64,000 bases of DNA from Squalus acanthias (lineage: Eukaryota). Each line of letters opens with the position of its first letter. The first letter of the stretch is position 1. Below the pieces are notes generated by a model. It worked only from the letters and a program-made list of their open reading frames with translations, had not been told where the DNA came from and searched no databases. Positions 1-11,216 of this stretch are shown piece after piece. The stretch covers positions 8,680,001 through 8,744,000 of the forward strand of contig CM059432.1 of NCBI GenBank assembly GCA_030390025.1, written 5' to 3'. Made by a program: the position numbers and the translations under genes.

Positions 1-1665
1 CCCAGAAGTGACAATTATACCCAACTACAAACTAGTGTGGATACTGATGGAGATATAACGGTCACCGGCATATATGATGAGGCCACGGGACTGGGACGTT
101 GGTTATACTCCTGCTCGCCGCACGAGGGGCAGCGCGGAAAAACGATAGGTTTGGTCATCAGTACCGTCAACATTATAGCAGGGTGGACTAAATTACCCCC
201 ATTCATTTGGGAACCAGGACTTGAGGGACAATATTGCCAAGAATTGTGTAGCGATGTTCTTAAGCGGTTGGGATGTACTGATATAAGATGCTTTCATTTA
301 ACAACATGTGGATATCAAAAGCCGTCGCGGTGTCCCACCACGGTGCCACCTCCAACGGATGGCATGATCAGGGTCGGGGGCCCGAAGGCACTCTTACATG
401 ATGTAACTATGGTCACTTTAGAAGTAACCTATAACCTGAGCAGTATAGTGCCGGCGTTAGAGGCCAATTGTGGTGATCACCCAGCATCAATTACTTGGGC
501 AAAGCATAAATTGCAGCGATTACTCAGTGATTATAAGGACCGCATAGCCCCCGAAGTAGGGGCCTCCAAGGGGCGACAGGGACGGAGTATATTAGGGGAA
601 GTGGGGGGCTTGTTTGGAAGTGCCAACTCGGTCCTAAATTCATGGCAAGTCACGGGCCTGGATAGCTATGCCTCCAGGGTGGCGCAGGAAAGCGCCAAGG
701 GCCTGCGCTTCACAGCTCAGGGAACGGAGTATGCGCTTACGGCAGTAGAAGTGCTTGGAACCGGGTTACAGAGAGGTATAGAGGACCTAGGGAAAGTCGT
801 AATAAAGGCGACTGATTTGCAGTCCAAGGGCCGAGCATGTGTCATGCTGGCTCGGGACTTGATTGACAGTGTTGAATCAGACATTGAAGACATCAGGTTT
901 GGGACGGTGCCCCGTCATGCGCAGAAGGAAGTCAGCAGTCTCAATCTGATTAACTGGGAGGAAGATAGACAGGAGCTCTTGGTAACCCGCCCAGCAGGCG
1001 GGGGGACTGCGGATGCATTTAGATTTCTAATGATGATGCCACAGGGGCACAAGAATGGGACATATCAGGGGGGATGTAAAGTAGAGTCTCTGGGAGTGGT
1101 CAGAGGCGAATCGGCATACCGGGTGGGTACCCGTGGATACGTAGTACCTGGCAAGAATGGCATCCTCCTGATGACCACGGATGAGTGCTGTACTGAATCA
1201 GAGCACTACATCGTGTGTACCTGTAACACCCTGAAACCGATAGATGAGGGCTCAGCAGTGGTGGTGATGGTAGAGCCTCTGGAAGGAGTCTTTCGGGCGA
1301 TTCAGGCATCTCTGACTCAGTGGTGTTTTCTGACCGACGAGAAGAACTACCTCTACGGAGGATTGGTATGTGCAAATAATCATACGTTTTGCCTTCAAGT
1401 TTCAGACTCTCTCACCGTGGGAGATTTCCATCTCCCAGGCAGAACCCTCGCCGGCCTGGTCTTCAGCCCATGGTGGGATGACGAGTTGAGTGTGGATGAT
1501 ACACCAGGGAGGGCCGCTAGGGTGGCGGTGGAACAGGCCTTGAAAGCCACAATGGAATACATTACACGGAGTAAACAGGCCCTCACAAGAGGAAGAGTGG
1601 AGGTGGACTTGACCAAAAGAACGGCTAGAGGCTGGGAGCTAAAAGGCAGGGACCTTCAGCCATAG
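1..1665 (+). CDS. env: Envelope/fusion glycoprotein-like ORF of an LTR retroelement (class I fusion, F-like; lokiretrovirus-type by inference); 5'-truncated by the window
   Basis: Frame 1 is open from base 1 to TAG 1663-1665. It has a minimal furin-type site RQGR|S (574-588), a Gly-rich fusion-peptide-like SILGEVGGLFGSANSVLN, a long HR1-like helix, a Cys-rich region and an HR2-like helix near the end. N-glycosylation sequons NYT, NLS, NGT, NHT. A PPT and LTR follow downstream. Confidence 0.8.
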   Translation, partial: PRSDNYTQLQTSVDTDGDITVTGIYDEATGLGRWLYSCSPHEGQRGKTIGLVISTVNIIAGWTKLPPFIWEPGLEGQYCQELCSDVLKRLGCTDIRCFHLTTCGYQKPSRCPTTVPPPTDGMIRVGGPKALLHDVTMVTLEVTYNLSSIVPALEANCGDHPASITWAKHKLQRLLSDYKDRIAPEVGASKGRQGRSILGEVGGLFGSANSVLNSWQVTGLDSYASRVAQESAKGLRFTAQGTEYALTAVEVLGTGLQRGIEDLGKVVIKATDLQSKGRACVMLARDLIDSVESDIEDIRFGTVPRHAQKEVSSLNLINWEEDRQELLVTRPAGGGTADAFRFLMMMPQGHKNGTYQGGCKVESLGVVRGESAYRVGTRGYVVPGKNGILLMTTDECCTESEHYIVCTCNTLKPIDEGSAVVVMVEPLEGVFRAIQASLTQWCFLTDEKNYLYGGLVCANNHTFCLQVSDSLTVGDFHLPGRTLAGLVFSPWWDDELSVDDTPGRAARVAVEQALKATMEYITRSKQALTRGRVEVDLTKRTARGWELKGRDLQP

Positions 1666-1883
1666 GCTCAGGCCAAAGACAGCCTGACTGGTGGGACATA
1701 GGTAGAATGGCAGCCGCCATCGCCTCCATGCTCGTCCTTATTATCAGTATATGCATCTGTTGCTATCAAAAATGGATGATATCCCAAGTGGTGAAGATGT
1801 CAAATAGGGGAAACGCCCCGGTGTCAGAAGCCAAGGTGCCACTCTCAGAGACTGGGGAAAAGTGGGACGCGTATGCTCTATAA
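1629..1883 (+). CDS. C-terminal part of the env-like protein (membrane-proximal WW, transmembrane helix, cytoplasmic tail) in the -1 frame
   Basis: Frame open 1629-1883 reads ...QPDWWDIGRMAAAIASMLVLIISICICCYQKWMISQVVKMSNRG...WDAYAL*. The hydrophobic helix followed by a Cys cluster sits where a TM anchor is expected. Confidence 0.7.
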   Translation, partial: RLGAKRQGPSAIGSGQRQPDWWDIGRMAAAIASMLVLIISICICCYQKWMISQVVKMSNRGNAPVSEAKVPLSETGEKWDAYAL

Positions 1884-2070
1884 ATCTGGCCGACTGGGTC
1901 CCAAGCACAACCAATGTCACTAGGACATCGGTGAGGCTGGAAGAGGGCCATGTAATTTATGGATTTGACACTTGCGGGAGTCCAGTTGGATCCCTGGACA
2001 GTCCAGCAGGTAGAGAATTCAGGGAATTAGGTATGTCCTACCTGGATCAGACGAGATCTGACCAGGGGCC

Positions 2071-2081
2071 AACAGGAGGGA
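2071..2081 (+). promoter_or_regulatory. Polypurine tract
   Basis: AACAGGAGGGA lies just before the TG at 2083, downstream of env. Confidence 0.55.
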
Positions 2082-2082
2082 C

Positions 2083-4029
2083 TGATAGGGTAACCTGTAG
2101 GTTTGGATAACCTTTAAATGTGTATTATAGTTGCATTAGAAGCTATGCTATTAAAATGTAACTGTAACTGCAAGGTATGATGGGAAGCTTGACCAAAATC
2201 AGACCAAAGTGCAGTGTCGGCATTTAACAGTAGCAGTAGTTGTAATAAAGTTTCTCCACGAAACTTTGAATCAGGAACAATGAACAAAGATAATGGTAAC
2301 TGGATGAAGGGATAATTACTAGTCCTAGCTCTTTTCAGGCTACCCCAGATCAGGCGTATTCCCCAGACGTTCACCTTCAACTAAAGTTAGAGATAGCCGA
2401 ATCCTAGAGATGCTTAATTGGGTCTAAAGGTTCAGACTATCTCTCCCTAAAGGAAAGGAACGACTTGAAGATGTTACCATCCTCCAGATAGCACTTTTAA
2501 TAAGTTTAACTAGACTGTAATCTTCCGGATATTATGGGGGTCCGGAAAACCCCTCCAGAATTCTGCAACTCCTCACCAAAGAGTGTACAGAGATTGAGTT
2601 CGCGAGTTTGATACAGAAGTACTATGTGAGACAATTCTAAAAATATATAGATTTATTAAAGAACCGACATGCAGTTAACAGTTGGTGAGTCAATCGCAAC
2701 ATTAACAGTTCAAAATACAAATAGTTTACAATTCTTATTCTCAGAGATCCTTATTCTCAAATCTTAACTTCGTTACATTTTTACATTTCTTACTTAGTCT
2801 TAATCCAGAATATCCACCAAAATCAAATACCTTTGATTACCCGAGACTCAAAGAGTTGAAAACTTACAGAGCTTAGCCTCTGAAGTTGAGAATCGCTTGC
2901 CCCTTCCAGCAAATTCTGTTTTCCCATTTGAAAGTTCTATATCTATACTCTTTCTCAGTGGTATATCCTTTGAAGTTTTCTGCTGATGTAAGCCAATTAT
3001 CTCCAGTTATATTTCTGTTGACTTCTTTCTATTCTTACTTTCAATACAGCTGCTGCATGCAGAATTATGTCTGCTGTATAGGTGTTCAAAACTTATCATA
3101 AAAATAATGTAACAGCAGTGGTTCTATTTGATGCCATTTTTACGAAGGTCCTCTATTCAATTCTTAAATCACCTCAGCTGGTTATAAGCAGACGTCATGT
3201 CTCCTAACTGTTCCAAGTTCAATACAAACACGATTGCTTGGTGCATCTATTGATGTCATATTTACAAAGTCTTCTGTTTGTATCTTTTACAACATGTAAA
3301 TTAAAACCACTTCAACCGAGTACATGATTGTTTTCCTAACTACTTCAATTGGTTGTATTCAGACTCGTATCTCCATGTTTCATTTGATGTCATATTTATG
3401 AAGCAATATGGTTCTTTAATGTTCTGTGTTTCTGTTCGAAGTGTTAGTTTTATGACACCTTAAACTGGGTATAGCTATTGTGTTGGTTCCAAACTGCAGA
3501 CTTCTTGGAAGCTCCAACCTGCTAATTCAATGGGGCCATTGTCTCAGTGTCAACAACCAATTCCCATTTCAAAAGCTTGTATGGTGTTTACAGCTTTGTG
3601 TTAACAACTCATCTTATCTCAGAAGCCTATATTTATAGCTTTGTGTCGTTGAGGCTTTTAGATTTTTAAACCCAGTCTGTCATGTTTTAATAATCAAAAT
3701 TCTTTCATAGGATGGTGTATTTTTCTGAAATATGGCTATTCCTTTGCATGGAGACTGGATAAGATAAACAAAACTGCAGAAAGGCAGATGTAAGGACCTT
3801 GGGTCCGGGACAGTTGAGATAGCGGGAAGCATCTGCCAAAGCCGATGTAACCAGTAATTAACGGTTGAACAATTATCGGTAGCAGATTGATTCTGTATAA
3901 ATATACTGCGACAACCATTGTAAATTTGAGAGACTTCGGTGCGCTGAAGGCTCTCCCCTGCATGCTTGTAATAAAGTTTCTCTCATATCGCAGCCTACCC
4001 GTGACTCTGAGTGGTTTCCTTCCACAACA
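2083..4029 (+). mobile_element. 3' LTR of the env-bearing element, interrupted by an insertion at 2531-3709
   Basis: Starts TG after the PPT. TATAAAT at ~3896, AATAAA at 3970, ends ...TTCCACAACA at 4029, where an unrelated CR1 tail begins. Confidence 0.6.
2531..3709 (-). mobile_element. Probable antisense solo LTR nested in the env element LTR
   Basis: Flanked by GGAT (2527-2530 and 3710-3713). The minus strand begins TATGAAAGA and has AATAAA (TTTATT ~2653) near its 3' end. AT-rich and non-coding. Confidence 0.4.
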
Positions 4030-4030
4030 A

Positions 4031-4435
4031 AATCATAGAATGGCACAGCATGGAAGGAGGCCACTCGGCCCATCGAGTCCGCGGCGGCTCTTTCGAAGAA
4101 CAATCCAGTTAGTCCCACTCCCCCCCACCCCCCACCCCCGCTCTTTCCTCATATCCCTGCAATTTTTTCTCCTTCAATTAAATTATCCAATTCCCTTTTG
4201 AAGGCTACGATTGAATCTGTAGCCACCACCCTATCAGGCAGCGCATTCCAAATCCTAACCACGTGTCGCGTGAAAAAGGTTTTCCTCAGGTCACCTCTGG
4301 TTCTTTTGCCAATCACCTTAAATCTGTGCCCGTTGGATATCCACCCTTCAGCCATTGGAAACAGTTTCTCTTTATTTACTCTATCTAAACCATTCCTGAT
4401 TTTAAACACCTCTGTCAAATCTCCTCTTAGCCTTT
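4031..4435 (-). mobile_element. CR1 LINE 3' fragment
   Basis: Minus ORF RLRGDLTEVFKI...GHRFKV...FFTRHVVRIWNALP is the CR1 ORF2 C-terminus, followed by the 3' tail. Confidence 0.85.
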
Positions 4436-4459
4436 TTTGGATAGTACCATACACGACAC

Positions 4460-4748
4460 AGGTGGCCCTCTCAGGTGGACCTCAAAAATACCCAGGACAC
4501 TATTCGAAGACGAGCAGGGGCGTTCTCCCCAGTGTCCTGGCCAATATTTGCCCCTCAACCAACATCACTAAAAACAGATTATCTGGTCGTTGTCTCATTG
4601 CCGTTTGTGCGACCTTGCTGTGCGTAACATTGGCTGCCGCGTTACAACAGTGGCTACACTTCAAAAGTACTTCATCGGCTGTCAAGCGCTTTGGGACGTC
4701 CTGAGGTTGTGAAAGGTGCGAAATAAAAGCCAGTTCTTTCTTTCTTTC
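4460..4748 (+). mobile_element. Deu-domain SINE (SacSINE1-like), 3' portion
   Basis: Matches the body and tail of the fuller copies at 40465-40931 and 48525-48997. Confidence 0.75.
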
Positions 4749-4992
4749 TGTCCATGTTTGGGTGTGCATTTGAGGAAATCCTGTACATGTATAAAAATTC
4801 TACCCCCTTGCTATGTGTCGAGCCTCTCCTTTCATGGAAAATGAAGCACGACTCGAGCCTGCTATTTCTTGAATGAAACATTTTCTGCTTCAAAACAGCT
4901 GTGTTATGTCTTTGGAAAGGCCCTGTGGTAAATTCAAACTGCTTTCATTGTAACTTTAAATTCCATAGTGGTCAACAAGAACAGCGTGCAAA

Positions 4993-6105
4993 AGTATTGA
5001 GTAGAATGGGCCTATATTCTCTGGAGTTTAGAAGAATGAGAGGCGATCTCCTTCAAACATATAAGATTCTGAGGGGATTGACAGGGTAGATGCTGAGAGG
5101 TTGTTTCCCCCTGGCTGGAGAGTTTAGAACTAGGGGGCACAGTCTCAGGATAAGGGGTCCGCCAATTAAGACAGAGATGAGGAGGAATTTCTTCACTGAG
5201 AGAACATAAGAACATAAGAAATAGGAGCTGGAGTAGGCCATTTGGCCCTTCGAGCCTGCTCCGCCATTCAATAAGATCATGGCTGATCTTCGACCTCAAC
5301 TCCACCTTCCCGCACTATCTCCATATCCCTTAATTCCCTCAGTTCCCAAAAATTTACCGACCTCTGTCTTGAATATACTCAATGACTGAGCATCCACAGC
5401 TCTCTGGGGCAGAGAATTCCAATGATTCACAACCCTTTGAGTGAAGAATATTTTCCTCATGTCAGTCCTAAATGGCCGACCCCTTATTCTGAGACTGTGA
5501 CCCCGTGTTCTAGATTCCCCAGCCAGGGGAAACATTTTCTCAGCATTTACCCTGTCAAGCCTCTTAAGAATTTTATATGTGTCAACTAGATCACCTCTCA
5601 TTCTTCTAAACTCTAGGGAATATAGGCTTAGTCTACTCAATCTCTCCTCAGTGGGCAATCCCCTCATCCCAGGAACCAGTCTAGTGAACCTTTGTTGCAC
5701 TCCCTTTAAGGCAAGTATGTCTTTCCTTAGGTAAGGAATTAGCATTTAAAGAATTAATACATAATTTACAACAAATATACATTCCTTTAAGGCACAAAAA
5801 CCCCACAGGAAAAGTGGTCCAATCGTGGTTAACAGGAGAAGTTAAAGATAATATTAGATCAAAGGAAGAGGCTTATGATGTTGCCAAAATTGTAGTAAGC
5901 CTGAGGATTGGGAGGATTTTAGAATTCAGCAAAGAAATTGATAAAGAAAGGGAAAATAGAATATGAGGGTAAACTAGCAAGAGACATAAAAACAGACTGT
6001 AAAAAGGAAAAGATTAGCGAAAGTAAATGTGGGTCCCTTACAGGCTGAGACAGGAGAAATTATAATGGGGAATAAGGAAATGGCAGAGAAATTAAACAAA
6101 TACTT
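4993..6105. mobile_element. Cluster of CR1 fragments (+ 4993-5202, - 5203-5737, + ~5780-6105)
   Basis: YSLEFRRMRGDL motifs on both strands; AACATAAG tail repeat at 5203. Confidence 0.8.
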
Positions 6106-6971
6106 TGGCCGCGATTTTGCCGGCGCTCAGGGGGCGGGTTTGGAGGCGGGTCAAGTGGCAAAATAGCAAAAAAATGACAGTGGGTTCCAATCCCGCCATC
6201 AACCCACCTCTGCGCAACTTTGCCAAAGGCGGGCTCCCAGACGCTCTTTCGGTCCTGCCACCAAGTGGCGGGATAGGTACTTAAGGCAGTTAACTGCTTC
6301 TTAACTGCCTGTATAATGCCATTTTGACAGCCATTTAACATTTTACCACTTTTTCTGCGTGTTCCATGCCGTTCCCAAACCACGCCAGCTAATTGTGGCG
6401 GGTTCACAAGTGGCTGCCTTCTTGACAGCTGCAGCTCCAGCATAGAAACAGAGCTCTCAACAAGGCTCAGTTGCAGGTTGCAGAACTTTGTTTTTGCAAG
6501 TCTACTGATTTGGAATTGGTGAAGCTGAGAGCCATCTCCACTGTGACCTCCTGGGAAAACCCTCTCCCCACATTGACTGAGCGCGTCTTCAACGGAGATA
6601 TCTACCAGCATGGGAACCATTTATTTCCTTTCATACTGGTCCTCAGATTCAGAGGAAGAGCAGCTGTGGCAGCAGCAGAAGCAGGAACAACAGCAGGACC
6701 AACAGCAGGAGCACCAACCTGCTGCTCACCCACTTGATGGTGCACATCGCAGAGGGCATCAGCGCAGGGATGCACGGTCGCCGCCGGAGATTCCCCCAAA
6801 ACAGGGTTTACAGACAGAGGATGAGCTTCCTCAACATGACTGAGCAGCAGTGCCAAAGGAAGCTGAGACTTTCGTGAGAGGTAGTCGATGACATCTGCAC
6901 AATGCTGCACCAACACCTGGAGCCCAGAGGACCGGGTGGACACACATTACCAGTGGCTGTCAAAGTCATAG

Positions 6972-7863
6972 GGGGAAAAATTCAGTTGGTTGCGCCTCCC
7001 GTTAGCGCCTTAAGAGGGCGCTAATGGGGCGCAAAGCAGCTAGCGCCCGGGCGCGGCGAAGTTTGCGCCGCTCGCGAAATTAACTAGACATTTTGCGACA
7101 GCGCTAAACACTACCGCCACGATCTCCTGCGCCGGCAGATCGTGACGTCAGACGAGTGTGCAACGCCCCGGTATCGCCCCGGAGCGGATATTGAGTGGCG
7201 CCCCCTGCCTTACCGCCTGACGCTAGCAACGACAGGTTGATAGGAGCGTTCTTCTGTCATGAAGGGAAAGGGGGAGCGCTATTTAAAGGTGACCGCTTCC
7301 TGCCTTTTATTGTTGGTGCCATTTTTGAACTACGCATTCTGAGAGAGAGTGAGAGAGACTTCTGGAGAGATTCAACGTTGTGTGAAGGAGTTTTGGGTAC
7401 TGAGCAGCACTTTGCAGGTTCATTTTGATTTGCCATTCCTTGTATCGATTTAGAAGAGACTGTGGGGGCTGCACTCTGAGCTCTTTGCCTGGTACTCTCC
7501 ATTGTTCTTTCCAGCAGATTTGATGTGCAGGTCTCTCCAGGCCGAGATTCAAGGCTGCAATGAGCAGGATGTGGATGGAAAGCAAGATCAACCATCCCCT
7601 TTAAGAACTGGCCCGTGCCATTGTGTGTGTGTTCCATTGCTGACTGACATTACATGAGCTTCGCCAGCGCTCTGAGTTAGCGCCTCACTCCTCGGCCTTT
7701 GCGCCTTAAGACAGGTGTGCAGCGCCTGATTTAGCGCTCCAATCACCTCCCGGGGCGTTAAAAGTGAAGTTTCCAGTCAGTGGCGATAATTAGCGCCAGG
7801 CGCTAATCTTTGCGCCCGGATGATATTTGCGCCCCAAATGGGGCGCGACTGAATTTTTCCCCC
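6972..7863. mobile_element. GC-rich MITE (Harbinger-type)
   Basis: TIR GGGGAAAAATTC / GAATTTTTCCCC; TAG duplicated at 6969-6971 and 7864-7866. Confidence 0.75.
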
Positions 7864-7866
7864 TAG

Positions 7867-9203
7867 AGTTATACAGCACAGAAAGAAGCCCTTCGGCCCA
7901 TCGTGTCTGTGCCGGCCATCAAGCCCTATCTATTCTAATCCCATTTTCCAGCACTTGGTCCGTAGCCTTGTATGCTATGGTGTTTCAAGTGCTCATCTAA
8001 ATGCTTCTTGAATGTTGTGAGGGTTCCTGCCTCTACCACCCTTTCAGGCAGTGAGTTCCAGATTCCAACCACCCTCTGGGTGAAAAAGCTTTTCCTCAAA
8101 TCCCCTCTAAACCTCCTGCCCCTTACCTTGAAACTATGTCCCCGGGTTATTGACCCCTCTACTAAGGGGAAAAGTTGCTTTCTATCTACCCTATCTATGC
8201 CCCTCATAATTTTGTACACCTCAATCAGGTCCCCCCTCAGCCTTCTCTGCTCTAAGGAAAACAACCCTAGCCAGTCCAGTCTCTCTTCATAGCTGAAACG
8301 CTCCAGCCCAGGTAACATCCTGGTGAATCTCCTCTGCACCCTCTCCAATGCAATCACATCCTTCCTATAGTGTGGCGACCAGAACTGCACACAGTATTCC
8401 AGCTGTGGCCTAACTAGCGTTTTGCACAGCTCCATCATAACCTCCCTGCTCTTATATTCTTTGCCTCGGCTAATGAAGGCAAGTATCCCATATGCCTTTT
8501 TAACCACCTTATCTACCTGTCCTGCTGGCTTCAGGGATCTATGTACATGCACACCTCTGTCCTTCCTAGGATCCTACCATTCATTGTGCATTCCCTTGCC
8601 TTGTTAGTCCTCCCAAAATGCATCACCTCACACTTTTCAGGTTTAAATTCCATTTGCCACTGTACTGCCCATCTGACCAACCCGTCTATATCGTCCTGTA
8701 GCCTGAGGCTTCCCTCCTCGCTATTTACCACTCCACCAATTTTCGTGTCATCTGCAAACTTACTGATCATACCTCCTACATTCATATCTAAATCATTAAT
8801 GTACACTACAAACAGCAAAGGACCCAGCACCGATCCCTGTGGTACACCACAGGCTACCAGTCACAAAAACAACCTTCGACCATCACCCTCTGCCTCCTGC
8901 CACTAAGCCAATTTTGGATCCAATGTGCCAAATTGCCCTGGATACCATGGGCTCTTACCTTCTTGACCAGTCTCCCATGCGGGACTTTGTCAAAAGCCTT
9001 ACTGAAGTCCATGTAGACTACATTAACTGCACTACCCTTATCCACACACCTAGTCATCCCCTCGAAAAATTCAATCAAATTTGTTAGACATGATCTCCCC
9101 CTGACAAAGCCACGCTGACTATCCTTGATTAATCCTTGCCTCTCCAAGTGGAGACTAATTCTGTCCCTCAGAATTTTTTCCAATAATTTCCCTACCACTG
9201 ATG
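7867..9203 (-). mobile_element. CR1 LINE, 3' segment (RT domain to tail)
   Basis: TSVVGKLLE..., YMDFSKAFDKVPH, LGPLLFVVYINDL, KFADDTK, CR1 C-terminus; frameshifted. Confidence 0.9.
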
Positions 9204-11216
9204 TACGTGGCACTACGAGTGGCTCAGCTGCACAGGAGGGGAGGAAAAAGAGTGGGAGAGCAATAGTGATAGGGGATTCTATCGTAAGGGGAACAGATAA
9301 ACGTTTCTGTGGCTGCAGACGTGACTCCAGGATGGTATGTTGCCTCCCTGGTGCCAGGGTCAAGGATGTCACTGAACGGCTGCAGGGCATTCTGAAGGGG
9401 GAGGGCCGCCCTGAACAGTCAGAGGCCGTGGTCCACATTGGTACCAACGACATAGGTAGAAAAAGGGATGAGGTCCTGCAACAAGAATTAAGGGAGCTAG
9501 GTAGCAGATTAAAAAGCAGGACCTCAAAGGTTGTAATCTCTGGATTACTCCCGGTGTCACGTGCTAGGGAATATAGGAATAGGAGGATAGAGCAGATGAA
9601 TGCGTGGCTAAAGAGTTGGTGCAGGAGGGAGGGCTTTAGTTTCCTGGATCACTGGGTCTGCTTCTGCGGAAGGTGGGACCTGTACAAGTCGGACGGGTTG
9701 CACCTGAACCGGAACGGGACCAGCATCCTTGCGGGGAGGTTTGCTAGTACTTTTGTGGGTGGGGGGGGGGTTTAATCTAACTTGGCAGGGGGATGGGATA
9801 TGGAGTGGAGCGGTAGTAGTGGGTGATGCACAGTCAAATATAGAGGAAAAAACAAGTCAGCCTGGAAGGCAGAGCAAATATGTAACGGCACAAGGGAGCA
9901 TGGCAAGGCTGGATGGCATTTATTTTAACGCAAGGAGTCTTGCGAGTAAGGCAGATGAATTGAAGGTGTTGATGAACACATAGGAGTATGATATTGTTGC
10001 TATCACAGAGACATGGTTGAGGGAGGGGCAGGACTGGCAGCTCAATATTCCGGAGTATAGAATCTCAGGCGAGACAGGGTGGGGGTGTAAAAGAGGAGGG
10101 GGTGTCACAATATTAATCAAGGAGTCAATTACTGCTGTCAGGAGGGATGATATCTTAGCAGGTTCCTCTAATGAGGCCATATGGGTAGAACTTAAAAACA
10201 AAAAGGGGGCAAGCACTTTGCTGGGAGTGTACTATAGGCCCCCAAACAGTCAGGGGAGATAGAGGAACAGATATGTAGGCAAATCTCAGAGAAGTGTAGA
10301 AATAATAGGGTAATAATAGTAGGGTAATTCAACTTCCCCAATATTAACTGGGATAGTCAGAGTGTGAAAGGTTTAGAGGGTGCGGAATTCTTAAAGTGCA
10401 TCCAGGAGAGCTTTTTGAGCCAGCATGTAGAAAGTCCTACAAGAGAGGGGGCGGTACTGGACCTAATTCTAGGGAATGTAGTCGGGCAAGTGGTAGAAGT
10501 GTCAGTAGGAGAGCATTAGTGACCATAATTTGGTGAGATTTAAGGTAGTCATGGAAAAGGACAAAGATGGACCAGAAATAAAGGTTCGAAATTGGGGGAA
10601 GGCTAATTTTAATATGATAGGATCTGGCCAAAGTGGATTGGGATCAGCTACTTGTAGGAAAATCCACATCAGAGCAGTGGGAGTCTTTCAGAAAGGAAAT
10701 AGAGAGAGTACAACGCCAACAGGAGAGCGAAGAGGGGGCATGAAAAAACACTGGCGGGCAAAATAAAGGAAAATCCCAAGTTGTTTTATAAGTATATTAA
10801 GGGCAAGAGGATAACCAGGGAAAGAGTAGGGCCCATTAGGGACCAAAGTGGCAATCTGTGTATAGAACCGGAAGATGTGGGTGAGGGTAAATGAATATTT
10901 TGCATCTGTGTTCACTATGGAGAAGGACGATGTAGGCATAGAAATCAGGCAGGGGGTTTGTGATATACTTGAACAAATTAGTATTGAGAGGGAGGATGTA
11001 CTAACGGTTTTAGCGGGCTTAAAAGTGGATAAATCCCCAGGCCCAGATGAGATGTATCCCAGACTGCTGTGTGAGGCAAGTGAGGAAATTGCAGGGGCTC
11101 TGACACAAATTTTCAGAACCTCTCTGGCCACAGGGGAGGTGCCAGAGGACTGGAGGACAGCTAACGTAGTATCATTAATCAAGAAGGGTAGTAGGGATAA
11201 ACCAGGGAATTACAGG
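9204..11216 (+). mobile_element. CR1 LINE, inverted 5' segment (ORF1 SGNH/GDSL esterase plus ORF2 AP-endonuclease)
   Basis: VIGDSIVRG...HIGTND...DGLHLN (esterase); YFNARSL, ITETWL, GVYYRPP (APE endonuclease); ends at DKPGNYR. Confidence 0.9.

Noticed and set aside
571..588. GRQGR identical to the avirulent Newcastle disease virus F cleavage motif
   Set aside because: A five-residue match is not evidence of a paramyxovirus insertion; the LTR context indicates a retroelement.
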